In this document: one piece after another, positions 20,776 to 32,102 of the stretch
Layout of the letters: each line of letters opens with the position of its first letter
How positions within the stretch are numbered: position 1 is the first letter of the stretch
NCBI GenBank assembly: GCA_016197305.1
Contig: JACPVZ010000043.1
Span: 1 to 55,827, forward strand
Source: Nitrosomonadales bacterium
GTDB taxonomy: Bacteria; Pseudomonadota; Gammaproteobacteria; Burkholderiales; Gallionellaceae
Length of the DNA stretch: 55,827 bases
Direction of reading: 5' to 3'
Program-made: the position numbers and the translations under genes
Notes under the pieces: generated by a model
What the model was told of the DNA's origin: nothing
What the model saw: only the letters and a program-made list of their open reading frames with translations
Database searches by the model: none

Positions 20776-22361
20776 TTAGCCTTGCACGGTAGTTTTACCG
20801 CGCTGCAGCAGCTGCAAGTATTGCTCCCGCTCCGCATTGCTTAACTCGGACAAGCCCTTGGTCTGGAGAGCGCGAAACTGCTGGCGGCGCTGCTCTTCAA
20901 CCAGTTTGTTCATCAGGCCATCAAACTCCGCGAGCACGTCGAATTGCTCACCCCAGCTCAACATATCCGCCTCGGCCGCCGCCAGTGTCGCCGCGTAGGA
21001 TGTGCCCTGAAAGGATTGGCTGACCGCTGCACCGCTCATATCAAACCCGTTCTGCCGCAGCAAATCAAGCAACGCGGCGACCGCCTCGGCCTCAGCACCC
21101 TGATCGCGCCATTCCGGCGGCATTTGTCGAGCCAGCGCGGGCTGGGCGATCAGGCACTGCAGCAGACGGCGCTGTGCCGAGGGCGGCGTGCGCCCTGCTT
21201 TTTGGAAGGCGGGTTTTGACTGCTCGCGCGCAACCGGCCTGACGTCATATAACGCTTCCAGCTCTGCCTGGGATAGGTGGACAAAGGCATCGCCTCTTGG
21301 ATGCGCTGTTCGAATGCAGCCTTGCCGAATTCACGAATGAAGCTGTCGGGATCATGCTCGACCGGCAAAAACAGGAAGCTGATGCGCTTGCCGTCCTGCA
21401 GATAAGGCAAGGCATTCTCCAGCGCGCGCCACGCGGCGCGTTGCCCGGCCTTGTCCCCGTCAAAACAGAACACGACATGCTCACAGAGGCGCAGCAGTTT
21501 TTGCACATGGTAGGGCGTGGTCGCGGTGCCCAGCGTCGCCACGGCATATTCGACACCATGCTGCGCCAGCGCCACCACGTCCATGTAGCCCTCGACGACC
21601 AGCACCCGCTGCTCGCCACGGATCGCCTTCTGCGCCTGGAACAGGCCATACAGCTCGCGCCCTTTTTCAAACAGCGGCGTTTCCGGAGAGTTCAGGTATT
21701 TAGGCTCCCCCTTGTCCAGCACACGCCCGCCAAAACCGATGACCTGCCCGCGCACATTGACGATAGGGAACATGATACGGTCCCGGAAGCGGTCGTAACG
21801 CTTGCCCTCATCGCCGCTGATCACCAGGCCGGTCTCGCTCAGCACCTCGCTCTGATAATCGGCAAACACTGCGGCAAGGTTCTGCCACGCATCCGGCGCG
21901 TAGCCGATACCGAACTTCGCCGCGATTTCGCCGCTGAGCCCGCGTTTTTTAAGGTAATCGATCGCGCGCGGAGAAATCTTGAGTTGCTCACGGTAGTAAC
22001 GCGTGGCGGTTTGCATCACTTCGTACAGGTCCGGCGCGGCCTTTTGGTGATGTTCACCGGCCGCAGAACGCTCATGCGGCACTTCCAGATTGACGCTGCG
22101 CGCCAACTCTTCGATCGCATCGACATACCCCAGCCCGGCATGCTCCATGACAAAGCCGATTGCCGTGCCATGCGCACCGCAACCGAAACAATGATAAAAC
22201 TGCTTGGACTGGCTGACTGTAAACGACGGTGACTTTTCGTTGTGGAAGGGACAGCAGGCTACATAATTCGCACCCGCCTTCTTGAGCGGCACATAGCGCT
22301 CGACCACGTCGACAATATCGAGACGATTGAGCAGATCCTGAATGAAACTTTTTGGAATCAA
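20776..22361 (-). CDS. dnaG: DNA primase, broken near 21272 by an apparent deletion plus frameshift
   Basis: CPFH..CFGC zinc finger, DRFRDRIMFPI, KYLNSPET, EGYMDV, DGDKAG, DPD TOPRIM motifs; the C-terminus resumes in another frame (SQAELEALYDV..MPPEW..) to 20776. Confidence 0.9.
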
Positions 22362-22432
22362 GCCATCACCGCCTTTTCATCGCACCCGGCAGGGGGCCGG
22401 GGGAATGGTTAACGGGGTATTACCCGGAAAGA

Positions 22433-22879
22433 CTACTTGGAGAGTTGCGTCTTGATCAACGCCGACACTTTACCCATGTCGGCACGGCCGGCCAACTTGG
22501 TTTTGAGCACGCCCATCACCTTACCCATATCCTGCGGGCCGGCTGCGCCTGTTACGGCAATTGCCTCGACTATCGCAGCGGTAATTTCGGTTTCGCTGAG
22601 CTGCTGCGGCATGTAGGTGGCCAGCACGCTCATTTCAAACTTTTCGACATCCGCCAGTTCTTGGCGGCCAGCCGCTTCGTATTGGCTGATGGAATCGCGG
22701 CGCTGCTTGTTCATTTTTTCGATGATGGCAACAACATCCGCGTCAGACAATTCGATGCGTTCGTCCACCTCGCGCTGCTTGATCGCAGCGAGCAAAAGAC
22801 GGATAGCCCCGAGACGCGCCGCATCCTTGGCGCGCATCGCGGCTTTCATGTCATCGCTGATTTGTTGCTTGAGACTCAT
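22433..22879 (-). CDS. GatB/YqeY domain protein
   Basis: SLKQQISDDMKAAMRAKD, KQRRDSI, DMGKVMG; sits between rpsU and dnaG. Confidence 0.93.
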   Translation of the reverse strand: MSLKQQISDDMKAAMRAKDAARLGAIRLLLAAIKQREVDERIELSDADVVAIIEKMNKQRRDSISQYEAAGRQELADVEKFEMSVLATYMPQQLSETEITAAIVEAIAVTGAAGPQDMGKVMGVLKTKLAGRADMGKVSALIKTQLSK

Positions 22880-22933
22880 ACCGACACCGACCGCCGCTCC
22901 CAAGCGGGACGCAGCAAATCAGTCCGCCCGTAA

Positions 22934-23146
22934 TTAATAGAGCTTAGGAGGGAGAGTTTGGCTGCGCAGGCGCTTGTAGTGACGCTTCACGGCTGCGGCC
23001 AGCTTGCGCTTACGTTCAGCAGTAGGCTTCTCGTAAAACTCGCGCGCGCGCAAATCGGTCAGCAAACCGGTCTTTTCCACGGAACGCTTGAAACGACGCA
23101 TCGCGACTTCAAACGGCTCATTCTCTTTAACACGTACTGTTGTCAT
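22934..23146 (-). CDS. rpsU: 30S ribosomal protein S21
   Basis: [26 protein letters not shown], 70 aa. Confidence 0.98.
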   Translation of the reverse strand: MTTVRVKENEPFEVAMRRFKRSVEKTGLLTDLRAREFYEKPTAERKRKLAAAVKRHYKRLRSQTLPPKLY

Positions 23147-23218
23147 GAACAAACTACCTTTTACCAAAAAATCGAGGGCGCGATTCTAGCAAAACAGGCC
23201 GCCCCTCACAACCTGAAT

Positions 23219-24433
23219 TTAAGCAACCGTAATTCGGGCAAATTTGCGCTTGCCGACCTGCGCTACAACCACTGCACCCGCCTCTAGGCGCAGCGCCTTG
23301 TCGCTGACTTTATCGCTATCCAGCTTCACTCCGCCCTGCTCGATCATGCGCAACGCCTCCGAAGTGCTGGCAACCAAGCCAGCCTGCTTGAGCAGTTGGG
23401 CTATGCCAATACGACCATCCGCACTGGCGACGCTGACTTCCGGCATATCATCCGGCAGCACACCTTGCCTGAAACGCGCTTCGAACTCAGCCAGCGCATC
23501 CACGGCAGCCTGCCTGGAGTGAAAACGCCCAACGATTTCCTGGGCCAGCAGCACTTTGATATCACGCGGGTTACGGCCTTGCGCCACCTCTTCGCGCCAT
23601 TTGGCTATAGTCGCCAGCCCCTCAAAGGACAACAGCTCAAGGTAGCGCCACATCAGCTCGTCGGAAACGGACATCAGCTTGCCGAACATGTCTTGTGGCG
23701 TGTCGGTAATACCCACGTAATTGCCCAACGATTTGGACATTTTGTTGACGCCGTCCAAGCCTTCCAGCAACGGCATCGTGAGTACGCACTGCGCGGGCTG
23801 GCCAAAGTGCTTTTGCAGCTCACGCCCCATCAGCAGATTGAACTTCTGGTCAGTGCCGCCCAGCTCAATGTCTGCCTTGAGCGCGACGGAGTCATAGCCC
23901 TGCACCAACGGATAGATGAATTCGTGGATGGCGATCGGCTGGTTACCCTTATAGCGCTTGGAAAAATCATCCCGTTCCAGCATCTGCGCCACGGTATGAG
24001 TCGCCGCCAACCTGATCAGGTCGACCGCACTGAATTTATCCATCCAGGTGGAATTGAACACGATCTCGGTCTTGTCCGGGTCGAGCACCTTGAACACCTG
24101 CTCACGGTAACTCTGCGCATTTGCGAGCACCTGCTCACGCGATAACGGCGGGCGTGTGGCGTTCTTGCCGGTTGGATCGCCTATCATGCCAGTGAAATCG
24201 CCGATCAGGAACAGCGCGTGATGCCCCAGTTCCTGCAGCTGGCGCATCTTGTTCAGGAGCACGGTGTGACCCAGATGCAGATCCGGCGCAGTAGGATCAA
24301 AACCCGCCTTGACCCGCAGCGGACGGCCCTGTACAAGCTTGAGCTTTAACTCGTTTTCGATCAGTAGCTCATCTGCTCCGCGCCTGATCCGGGACAGCGC
24401 GTCTGAAAATGTCATGTCAGTCATGTCAGTCAT
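23219..24433 (-). CDS. tyrS: Tyrosine--tRNA ligase
   Basis: [27 protein letters not shown]-terminal S4 domain (QVGKRKF); three alternative ATGs in a 9-bp repeat. Confidence 0.97.
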   Translation of the reverse strand: MTDMTDMTFSDALSRIRRGADELLIENELKLKLVQGRPLRVKAGFDPTAPDLHLGHTVLLNKMRQLQELGHHALFLIGDFTGMIGDPTGKNATRPPLSREQVLANAQSYREQVFKVLDPDKTEIVFNSTWMDKFSAVDLIRLAATHTVAQMLERDDFSKRYKGNQPIAIHEFIYPLVQGYDSVALKADIELGGTDQKFNLLMGRELQKHFGQPAQCVLTMPLLEGLDGVNKMSKSLGNYVGITDTPQDMFGKLMSVSDELMWRYLELLSFEGLATIAKWREEVAQGRNPRDIKVLLAQEIVGRFHSRQAAVDALAEFEARFRQGVLPDDMPEVSVASADGRIGIAQLLKQAGLVASTSEALRMIEQGGVKLDSDKVSDKALRLEAGAVVVAQVGKRKFARITVA

Positions 24434-24629
24434 CAATTTCAAATACGGAGGGTGGATATTACCGCTCATTCCGATTTTTCTGCCGCCTGTCGGCCATGGC
24501 TTACCATACGGTTTCATCACCCGCCATCCATCAGCCCGATTTTGAGGGGATGGCTATTTCTGGTAGAGTGCGCACCAAATTTAAACATATCCCGTTGCAA
24601 TACCACGCAACAGTTTTAAGGAGGCGCGC

Positions 24630-25931
24630 ATGTTAACCCAAAACTCGCTCAGCCAAGAACGCAAAATGAAATTGCGCTGGTTCGTCACCCTGTCCACCAT
24701 GCCCCTGCTGGGCGTGCTGACCGCATTCGGCCTGGTACCGCAAAGCGATCTGGGCCTGACTTCGACCAAGCTGACCATCGAGGAAATCGCTTTACCCAAA
24801 GTCGCTGCAAACAGTGCCGCCGTGGCCGCCAGCTTCTGGCGCAACGAACGCATGCAACGCGGCGACACCGTAGCCGAACTATTGCAACGCCTGAATATCC
24901 AGGACTCCACCGCAATCGACTACCTGCGCACTGCCGCCGAAGCCGAATCGTTCCGCAAGCTAGGCATAGGCAAAGAAGTACAGGCAGAGACCGATGCGGC
25001 TGGCGGCCTGATCTCTTTACGCTATCTGGGTGACAACGGCGCGCAAACCGTCATTGAAAAAAAAGGGGATGGCTATGCCACACGCACCCAGGCTGCACAG
25101 CTTGAGAAGCGCCTGTTCGTGCGCACCGGCGAAATCAAGACCAGCCTGTATGCCGCGACCGATGCAGCCGGCATGCCGGAAGCTGCCGCGAACCGCCTGA
25201 CCGAAATCTTCAGCGGCGACATCGATTTCCATCATGACTTGCGCCGCGGCGACAAATTCACCGTAGTGTACGAGATGACATACAGCAACGGCGAGCTGAT
25301 CGATGCCGGCCGCATCCAGGCAGCCGAATTCATCAACCAGGGCCATGCCTATCGTGCCGTCTATTTCCAGGGCGACACACCGAACGGCGATTACTACACC
25401 CCGGAAGGCAAGAGCGTACGCAAAGCATTCCTGCGTTCGCCGATCGAGTTTTCCCGTGTCAGCTCGGGCTTCAGCAACTCGCGTTTGCATCCCGTATTGA
25501 ACACTTGGCGTGCACACAAGGGCGTGGATTTTGCCGCCCCGATCGGCACAAAGGTCAAGGTGACTTCGGACGGAGTGGTATCCATGGTCGGCAAGCAGGG
25601 CGGGTATGGCAACGTGGTCATGGTTAACCATCAAGGCCGCTTCACGACGGTGTACGGTCATTTGTCCGCCTATGCCAAAGGCCTGCACAAAGGTCAGCGA
25701 GTCGCCCAAGGTGAGGTGATCGGCTATGTCGGCATGACCGGACTGGCCAGCGGTCCGCATCTGCACTATGAATTCAGGATTGATGGCCAGCAACGCGACC
25801 CGCTGCGTGTTGCGTTGCCAGATGCCCAACCCGTCAGCGCCGCCAACAAAGTTGCCTTCCAGTCTCTGGCCGACAGCTTTGTGGCACGCCTGAACCTGTT
25901 GCGCAACACCAACCTCGCCAAAGTCGATTAA
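24630..25931 (+). CDS. M23 family peptidoglycan DD-endopeptidase (MepM-like)
   Basis: HKGVD, YGHLS and GPHLHYE zinc motifs; tyrS/M23/anmK synteny. Confidence 0.92.
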   Translation: MLTQNSLSQERKMKLRWFVTLSTMPLLGVLTAFGLVPQSDLGLTSTKLTIEEIALPKVAANSAAVAASFWRNERMQRGDTVAELLQRLNIQDSTAIDYLRTAAEAESFRKLGIGKEVQAETDAAGGLISLRYLGDNGAQTVIEKKGDGYATRTQAAQLEKRLFVRTGEIKTSLYAATDAAGMPEAAANRLTEIFSGDIDFHHDLRRGDKFTVVYEMTYSNGELIDAGRIQAAEFINQGHAYRAVYFQGDTPNGDYYTPEGKSVRKAFLRSPIEFSRVSSGFSNSRLHPVLNTWRAHKGVDFAAPIGTKVKVTSDGVVSMVGKQGGYGNVVMVNHQGRFTTVYGHLSAYAKGLHKGQRVAQGEVIGYVGMTGLASGPHLHYEFRIDGQQRDPLRVALPDAQPVSAANKVAFQSLADSFVARLNLLRNTNLAKVD

Positions 25932-25938
25932 GTGGCAC

Positions 25939-27036
25939 GTGCAACGGCCTGAACTCTATATCGGGTTGATGTCGGGCACCAGCTTGGACGGCATCGATGC
26001 CGCCCTTGCTGCATTCAACACCCACCAGCCCCGGTTACTTGCCAAGCACTACCTGCCGTTCGACAGCAAGCTGAGGGACACACTGCTGGCGTTGCATCAG
26101 CCCAGCCATAACGAATTGCACCTGGCGCAACTTGCCGGCAATCAACTGGCCCAACTGTATGCGCAGAGCATCCCACCGCTGCTCTCCCAGGCAGGGATTA
26201 CAGCGACGCAAGTCAATGCCATCGGTTGTCACGGACAAACTATCCGGCACTGTCCGGAGCAGGGCTACACCCTGCAGATCGGCAACGCCGCGCTGCTTGC
26301 CGAACTGACCGGGATTGCAGTGGTCAGCGATTTTCGCAGCCGCGATGTCGCGGCTGGCGGGCAAGGCGCCCCGCTGGTTCCCGCCTTCCACGACAAAGTG
26401 ATGCGCCATCCTACACGCCATCGGGTCATCGTAAATATAGGCGGCATCAGCAACCTGACCAACCTGCCGCCACAAGCCGACACCTCGGGTTTCGATTGCG
26501 GCCCGGGCAATCTGCTGATGGATGCCTGGTGCAGGCGCCATCTGGGGAAAGCCTACGACGACAACGGCAACTGGGCAGCATCTGGGCAGGTACGACCGGC
26601 ATTGCTCAACCACATGCTCGCCGAGCCATTCTTCGACATGCCGCCACCCAAGAGCAGCGGACGCGACCTGTTCAACATGACCTGGCTGCAAAGCCTTCTG
26701 AATGGCGACGAACGTCCCGAGGATGTCCAGGCGACCTTGCTGGAATTGACCGGCCAGTGCATCGCCCAAGCCATCCAGCAATATTGCGCCGGCGCATCCG
26801 AGGTGTATCTGTGCGGAGGCGGAGCCCACAACCAGACCCTGAGCAGCCGCCTGACGAACTTGCTGCCCGGATGCACCGTGCAAAACAGCGACGCTCTCGG
26901 CATCGACAGCAACTACTTGGAAGCGACTGCCTTCGCCTGGCTCGCGCAACAGACCCTGCTCGGGCAGCCGGCCAATCTGCCGCTGGTCACCGGCGCAAAA
27001 CACCCCTGTGTGCTGGGTGCTATCCATCCCGCATGA
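25939..27036 (+). CDS. anmK: Anhydro-N-acetylmuramic acid kinase
   Basis: GLMSGTSLDGID, HGQTIRH, GGQGAPLVP, DCGPGN, KSSGRDLF. Confidence 0.96.
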   Translation: MQRPELYIGLMSGTSLDGIDAALAAFNTHQPRLLAKHYLPFDSKLRDTLLALHQPSHNELHLAQLAGNQLAQLYAQSIPPLLSQAGITATQVNAIGCHGQTIRHCPEQGYTLQIGNAALLAELTGIAVVSDFRSRDVAAGGQGAPLVPAFHDKVMRHPTRHRVIVNIGGISNLTNLPPQADTSGFDCGPGNLLMDAWCRRHLGKAYDDNGNWAASGQVRPALLNHMLAEPFFDMPPPKSSGRDLFNMTWLQSLLNGDERPEDVQATLLELTGQCIAQAIQQYCAGASEVYLCGGGAHNQTLSSRLTNLLPGCTVQNSDALGIDSNYLEATAFAWLAQQTLLGQPANLPLVTGAKHPCVLGAIHPA

Positions 27037-27041
27037 AAGCA

Positions 27042-27064
27042 AACGGGGCGCTGAGCGCCCCGTT
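27042..27064. terminator. Hairpin between convergent anmK and erpA
   Basis: AACGGGGCGC-TGA-GCGCCCCGTT perfect inverted repeat. Confidence 0.7.
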
Positions 27065-27087
27065 GAGACTCACAACCGGCCTAGGCT

Positions 27088-27441
27088 CTATACAGAGAAC
27101 GACGAACCGCAACCGCAGGTTGTGGTGGCATTCGGATTCTTGATGACGAACTGCGAACCTTCCAGACCTTCCTGGTAATCGATCTCCGCACCGACCAGAT
27201 ACTGGAAACTCATAGGATCGATCAACAGCTGCACACCGTTCTTGTCGAGTACGGTGTCGTCCTCATTCGCCACTTCGTCAAAAGTGAAGCCATATTGAAA
27301 ACCGGAACAGCCGCCGCCGCTGACAAAGACGCGCAGCTTGAGATCGGAATTGCCTTCTTCGGAGATCAATTCCTTTACCTTGTTGGCCGCGTTGTCGGTA
27401 AACAACAACGGGTCTTGCACTTCAGTCATCGCATTCATCAT
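27088..27441 (-). CDS. erpA: Fe-S cluster insertion protein ErpA
   Basis: [11 protein letters not shown] and TTCGCGSSF. Confidence 0.95.
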   Translation of the reverse strand: MMNAMTEVQDPLLFTDNAANKVKELISEEGNSDLKLRVFVSGGGCSGFQYGFTFDEVANEDDTVLDKNGVQLLIDPMSFQYLVGAEIDYQEGLEGSQFVIKNPNATTTCGCGSSFSV

Positions 27442-27457
27442 GTTCTCCTTAATAAAT

Positions 27458-27865
27458 TTATTCGGCGCTGCTTAGTTTGAAGGCCACCACCTTATCCTGA
27501 GCGGCGACACTGCTATGGATCAGCCTGCCCTCGACAATCGCACCCAGCTGGATTTCCAGCGTCTTGTAATGCACGTCACCGTTGACCTTGGCCTTGCTTT
27601 GAAGTTCCAGGTATTCGCTGGCGCTTACCGGGCCGGTAATCGTGCCGTTGACGACCAGATGGGTGACATTCACCTCGCCATCGACTCGCGCATGCTCGCT
27701 CAACACCAACGTACTCGGCTTGCCTGGCGCTGCGATGACATTGCCGTTCACATGCCCGTCTATGCGCATGCCGCCGGTAAAATTCAGATCGCCCTCGATC
27801 GTGGTTCCAGCCCCAATCAGCGAATCGATGCGATTCTGCGGCTTGCTCGCTTTTTTACTAAACAT
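27458..27865 (-). CDS. Bactofilin (polymer-forming cytoskeletal protein)
   Basis: [29 protein letters not shown] beta-helix pattern. Confidence 0.9.
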   Translation of the reverse strand: MFSKKASKPQNRIDSLIGAGTTIEGDLNFTGGMRIDGHVNGNVIAAPGKPSTLVLSEHARVDGEVNVTHLVVNGTITGPVSASEYLELQSKAKVNGDVHYKTLEIQLGAIVEGRLIHSSVAAQDKVVAFKLSSAE

Positions 27866-27879
27866 GACTGACTCCTTGC

Positions 27880-28620
27880 CTAAGAGAGGTTCACACTCTG
27901 CCGCAGCCTGGGCTCGGGTGCGCCCTGTTCAAAAACGCGCACTTGCACGCTTTCCAAATGCACATCCTCCGGCAACCGGATGCTTTGCTCAATGCGCTGA
28001 TAATACTTGAAACTGAGCTGAAATTGGGCATTTTCTGGCGCCGCCTGAGGGAATACCCGCGTCGCCTTCACACCGTCTTGCACCACCGATGCGATCAGCT
28101 GGTAGCTGCCGCTGAACACCTTGGCACGCTGCCCGCTCTGTACCAGCAGCATGCGCACATGATATTCCCCGGGCATCGTGTCCCGCTCCAGCTTCAGGCG
28201 ATGTAGCGCCAACTCCCCCTCTTTGCCGCGAGTTGCAGTGAGGTTCTGAAAAAATGCCAGATCCTCCTGCAATCGTGCGCTTTCTTCGGCCTGGCTCTTG
28301 AGCTGCTTGGCCGCCTCCTGATTGCTGGCCTGCTCGATCTGAATCTGCCGCTCATACTTGGCCACTTGGCTGCTGAGCGACGCATTCTCGTCCGTGAGCC
28401 TGGCAACCTGGTCGCGCAATTTGGCCAATTCCTCTTGTGCCTGCCCGCGGTGAAAACCCGCCAATTCCAGCCCGCTGCCATAGGCCCACCATGCCAGCGC
28501 CAATGCTCCCAGCACAAAGGGAAACACCAGGCTCCAGCGCAAATACCAGGCGATATGCGGACGCACCGACAATTTCGGCGCCGAAATACCAAAGCTGCGT
28601 TTAACGCGCTGCCACATCAT
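27880..28620 (-). CDS. DUF6776-like membrane-anchored coiled-coil protein
   Basis: TM segment, coiled coil, EDLAFF and FKYYQ motifs; argC-X-bactofilin-erpA synteny. Confidence 0.75.
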   Translation of the reverse strand: MMWQRVKRSFGISAPKLSVRPHIAWYLRWSLVFPFVLGALALAWWAYGSGLELAGFHRGQAQEELAKLRDQVARLTDENASLSSQVAKYERQIQIEQASNQEAAKQLKSQAEESARLQEDLAFFQNLTATRGKEGELALHRLKLERDTMPGEYHVRMLLVQSGQRAKVFSGSYQLIASVVQDGVKATRVFPQAAPENAQFQLSFKYYQRIEQSIRLPEDVHLESVQVRVFEQGAPEPRLRQSVNLS

Positions 28621-29648
28621 CAAGGCAACAACGGGAGGTTGTTGATCGCCGTCGATTCCGGCAGTCCGCACATGATGTTCATGTTTTGCACCGCCTGACC
28701 CGCAGCCCCTTTCACCAGATTGTCGATCACCGACAACACCACGACCGTATCACCGCCTTGCGGCCTGTGCACCGCGATACGGCAGCAATTGGCCCCGCGT
28801 ACCGAACGCGTCTCGGGATGACTGCCGGCAGGCATCACGTCCACACATGGCTCTCCTGCATAACGCTGCTCGAACAACGCCTGCAGATCCACCTCTCGTG
28901 TCAGCTTGCCGTACAGCGTGGCATGGATGCCCCGTATCATCGGAGTGAGATGCGGCACGAAGGTCAGCCCGACCGGTTTGCCATGCACCCTGGACAATCC
29001 CTGCCTGATCTCCGGCAGATGCCTATGTCCCGGCACGCCATAAGCCTTGAAATTATCCGCAGCCTCGGAGAACAAAGTGGCGATCTCCGCTTTACGCCCG
29101 GCCCCGGACACGCCGGACTTCGCATCCGCGATCAAACTGCCCGCTTCAATCACGCCGGCTTCGAGCAGCGGTATGAAACCCAACTGCACTGCGGTCGGAT
29201 AACACCCCGGATTGGCGACCAAACGCGCCTTTTTGATCTGTTCACGATTCACTTCCGGCAGGCCGTACACCGCCTCGCCCACCAGATCCGGACAGGCGTG
29301 CGTCATGCCATACCACTTCTCCCATTCGGCAATATCCTTGATACGGAAATCAGCCGCCAGGTCGATCACCTTCACTCCGGCATCCAGCAATGCCCGTGTC
29401 TGCTGCATCGCGATGCCATTCGGGGTGGCAAAAAACACCAGATCGCATTGCGCCAGATGCGCCTGATCCGGATGGGTAAACGGCAAATCCACATAACCGC
29501 GCAGACTGGGGAACATCTGACTGACCGGCATACCTGCATCGGCACGTGAAGTAATCACTTGCAACTCAACCTGCGGATGCGCGGCCAACAAGCGCAGCAA
29601 CTCGACTCCGGTATAGCCAGTTCCACCGACAATTCCGACTTTGATCAT
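28620..29648 (-). CDS. argC: N-acetyl-gamma-glutamyl-phosphate reductase
   Basis: [37 protein letters not shown]. Confidence 0.97.
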   Translation of the reverse strand: MIKVGIVGGTGYTGVELLRLLAAHPQVELQVITSRADAGMPVSQMFPSLRGYVDLPFTHPDQAHLAQCDLVFFATPNGIAMQQTRALLDAGVKVIDLAADFRIKDIAEWEKWYGMTHACPDLVGEAVYGLPEVNREQIKKARLVANPGCYPTAVQLGFIPLLEAGVIEAGSLIADAKSGVSGAGRKAEIATLFSEAADNFKAYGVPGHRHLPEIRQGLSRVHGKPVGLTFVPHLTPMIRGIHATLYGKLTREVDLQALFEQRYAGEPCVDVMPAGSHPETRSVRGANCCRIAVHRPQGGDTVVVLSVIDNLVKGAAGQAVQNMNIMCGLPESTAINNLPLLP

Positions 29649-29728
29649 CGCATTTTCCCTTAAACAACGCTCCGCATCATACAACAAACGCAGAGGCTAA
29701 AGATTCCAGCAGTGCTCCGCCCACCAAT

Positions 29729-29756
29729 GCAAAAGCCGCCCAAGGGCGGCTTTTGC
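29729..29756. terminator. Intrinsic terminator of rplM-rpsI
   Basis: GCAAAAGCCGCCC-AA-GGGCGGCTTTTGC. Confidence 0.85.
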
Positions 29757-29790
29757 AGCATATCCAAGCACCCTCGCAGGCACCGGACAG

Positions 29791-30183
29791 TTAACGCTTG
29801 GAGAACTGTTTCCTGCGACGTGCTTTGCGCAGACCGACCTTCTTACGTTCCACTTCACGCGCATCGCGAGTCACCAGACCTGCGTGCTTCAATGCCGGTT
29901 TGAAATCGGCGTTGTAATCGATCAACGCACGGGTGATGCCATGACGCACCGCACCAGCCTGCCCCGCTTCACCGCCACCGGTCACGTTCACCATGATGTC
30001 GAACTTGCCCAGCGTATCGGTCAGAGTCAGCGGCTGGCGCACGATCATGCGACCCGTCTCACGAGAGAAGAACACGTCCACCGGCTTGTCGTTCACGACG
30101 ATATCGCCCTTGCCTGGCTTGATGAACACACGTGCCACCGCGCTCTTGCGACGACCAGTTCCGTAGTTATAAGTAACGCTCAT
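29791..30183 (-). CDS. rpsI: 30S ribosomal protein S9
   Basis: [32 protein letters not shown]. Confidence 0.98.
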   Translation of the reverse strand: MSVTYNYGTGRRKSAVARVFIKPGKGDIVVNDKPVDVFFSRETGRMIVRQPLTLTDTLGKFDIMVNVTGGGEAGQAGAVRHGITRALIDYNADFKPALKHAGLVTRDAREVERKKVGLRKARRRKQFSKR

Positions 30184-30185
30184 GA

Positions 30186-30623
30186 TTACGCCCTCAACAA
30201 ATTAACTGGTTTGGGTTGCTGCGCCTCGTGCGGATGCGCCGGGCCTGCATAGACCTTCATCTTGCGCAACATCGCATAGCCCAACGGCCCTTTTGGCAAC
30301 ATGCCCTTAACCGCTTTTTCCAGCACACGGCTAGGATGACGTGCCTGCAACTTCGCGAAGTTGGTGGTGTACAGGCCGCCCGGATAAGTCGTATGGCGGT
30401 GGTACAGCTTGGCTTCGGTCTTGTTACCTGTCACGCGCAGCTTGTCCGCATTGACCACGACGACGAAATCGCCGGTGTCGACGTGCGGTGTGTAGATCGC
30501 CTTGTGCTTGCCACGCAAACGCGCAGCGATCTGTGCAGCCAGACGGCCCAGCACTTGATCTGCAGCGTCAACCAGAAGCCAGTCATGCTGGACTTCATGG
30601 GCTTTAGCGGAAAATGTTTTCAT
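30186..30623 (-). CDS. rplM: 50S ribosomal protein L13
   Basis: [36 protein letters not shown]. Confidence 0.98.
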   Translation of the reverse strand: MKTFSAKAHEVQHDWLLVDAADQVLGRLAAQIAARLRGKHKAIYTPHVDTGDFVVVVNADKLRVTGNKTEAKLYHRHTTYPGGLYTTNFAKLQARHPSRVLEKAVKGMLPKGPLGYAMLRKMKVYAGPAHPHEAQQPKPVNLLRA

Positions 30624-30816
30624 AGCCACAATTCCTAAAAATTCAATAAGTAAACCTCGAAGGGCGCGCATTCTATTTCAGCCCACCCACCACTGTCAAA
30701 CGCTATTTCACGTTCCATGCCCGCCTCCGCCCAGACCACACATTTATCACGGGATTTCAGCAACATACCTGAAAGGCGTTAAGATGGAAGCGTTCCCGCC
30801 ATTTTGAATTTCACCC

Positions 30817-31584
30817 ATGTCCTGGTTCATCACCAATTTCATCGCCGCCTTCCTGTTGCCGCCGCTCAACCTGCTGCTCATATCCGCATTGAGCCTTTTG
30901 CTGTGGCATCGCCGCCCCATCCTGGCACGCTGGCTGCTCGCCGCCTCGCTTGCCCTGCTCTGGATCGCATCCACCCCTTTTTTCGCCGAGGGCGGCCTGC
31001 ATCTGCTGGAGAGGCAGACCGCCGCGCTCGGTGAACTTCCTCCGTCCGCCGACGCGATCGTGATACTCGGCGGCGGCAGCTATATCAATGCGCCCGAATA
31101 TGCGGGGCAGGACACCGTCAGCGAAGCCACGCTGGTTCGCCTGCGTTATGGTGCGACGCTACAGCGCAAAACCGGCAAACCTATCCTCGTGACTGGCGGC
31201 GCCCCGTTGGGCAACAGCCTTTCCGAGGCACAACAAATGCGCAGTGCCCTGGAACAGGATTTTCAAGCGCCGGTGCGCTGGACCGAGGACAGCTCGGACA
31301 ACACACTGGAGAATGCACGCTACTCGTTCCAGGCGCTGCAAAAGGCCGGCATTCGTAAAATCTATCTGGTCACCCACGCCTGGCACATGCCGCGCTCAGC
31401 CGAGACTTTCCGTCGCGTCGGCTTCGAAGTCGTCGAAGCGCCCACGGCATTTACCACACGCCACCGTCTCGACATGCTGGCCTTTCTACCTCGTGCCGAA
31501 GCGTTGCGCGACAGCAAAATTTTTGTGCACGAGCTCATCGGACTGGCCTGGTATCGGTTAAGATCATCCATCTCCAACACTTAG
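30817..31584 (+). CDS. YdcF/ElyC family (DUF218) protein
   Basis: Two N-terminal TMs, AIVILGGG, VTGG, NTLENA, LVTHAWHMPRS, HELIGL. Confidence 0.9.
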   Translation: MSWFITNFIAAFLLPPLNLLLISALSLLLWHRRPILARWLLAASLALLWIASTPFFAEGGLHLLERQTAALGELPPSADAIVILGGGSYINAPEYAGQDTVSEATLVRLRYGATLQRKTGKPILVTGGAPLGNSLSEAQQMRSALEQDFQAPVRWTEDSSDNTLENARYSFQALQKAGIRKIYLVTHAWHMPRSAETFRRVGFEVVEAPTAFTTRHRLDMLAFLPRAEALRDSKIFVHELIGLAWYRLRSSISNT

Positions 31585-31599
31585 CACGCAGGGAGCAAC

Positions 31600-32019
31600 A
31601 TGAAAGCACGCGTCAAATGGGTCGAGCAGGTTTCGTTTCTGGGCGAGTCTGAAAGTGGTCACGCCGTCTTGATGGATGGCGCCCCGGCAGCGGGAGGACG
31701 GAATCTCGGCCCGCGCCCGATGGAAATGCTGCTGCTGGGTGCCGGCGGCTGCACCAGCTTCGACGTGATCAGCATCCTGAAGAAAAGCCGTCAGGCCGTG
31801 ACCGACTGTTATGTCGAACTGGAAGCCGAACGCGCCGAGACCGACCCCAAGGTGTTCACCAAGATCCACATGCATTTCGTGGTCACAGGTAAAGATATCA
31901 AACCGGAAGTGGTCGAAAAGGCCATCAAGCTGTCTGCCGAAAAATACTGCTCTGCCTCCATCATGCTGGGCGCAACCGCCGCAGTGACGCACGATTTTGA
32001 GGTGATACAAGAGGCGTAA
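31600..32019 (+). CDS. OsmC family protein (YhfA-like)
   Basis: GPRPMEMLLLGAGGCT and SAEKYCSAS. Confidence 0.92.
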   Translation: MKARVKWVEQVSFLGESESGHAVLMDGAPAAGGRNLGPRPMEMLLLGAGGCTSFDVISILKKSRQAVTDCYVELEAERAETDPKVFTKIHMHFVVTGKDIKPEVVEKAIKLSAEKYCSASIMLGATAAVTHDFEVIQEA

Positions 32020-32026
32020 TACCAAT

Positions 32027-32102
32027 CGTAGGGGCGTATGGCAATACGCCCATCGTGGCATACCGGAACGTCAAAGAGGACGTATTGCCATACATCCCTA
32101 CG
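32027..32102. repeat. REP doublet (GTAG family, REPIN-like)
   Basis: CGTAGGGGCGTATGGCAATACGCCC and an inverted copy (22/25 match) between convergent genes. Confidence 0.75.

Noticed and set aside
21250-21290. Programmed frameshift in dnaG
   Set aside because: No slippery heptamer, and coding sequence appears to be missing rather than merely shifted
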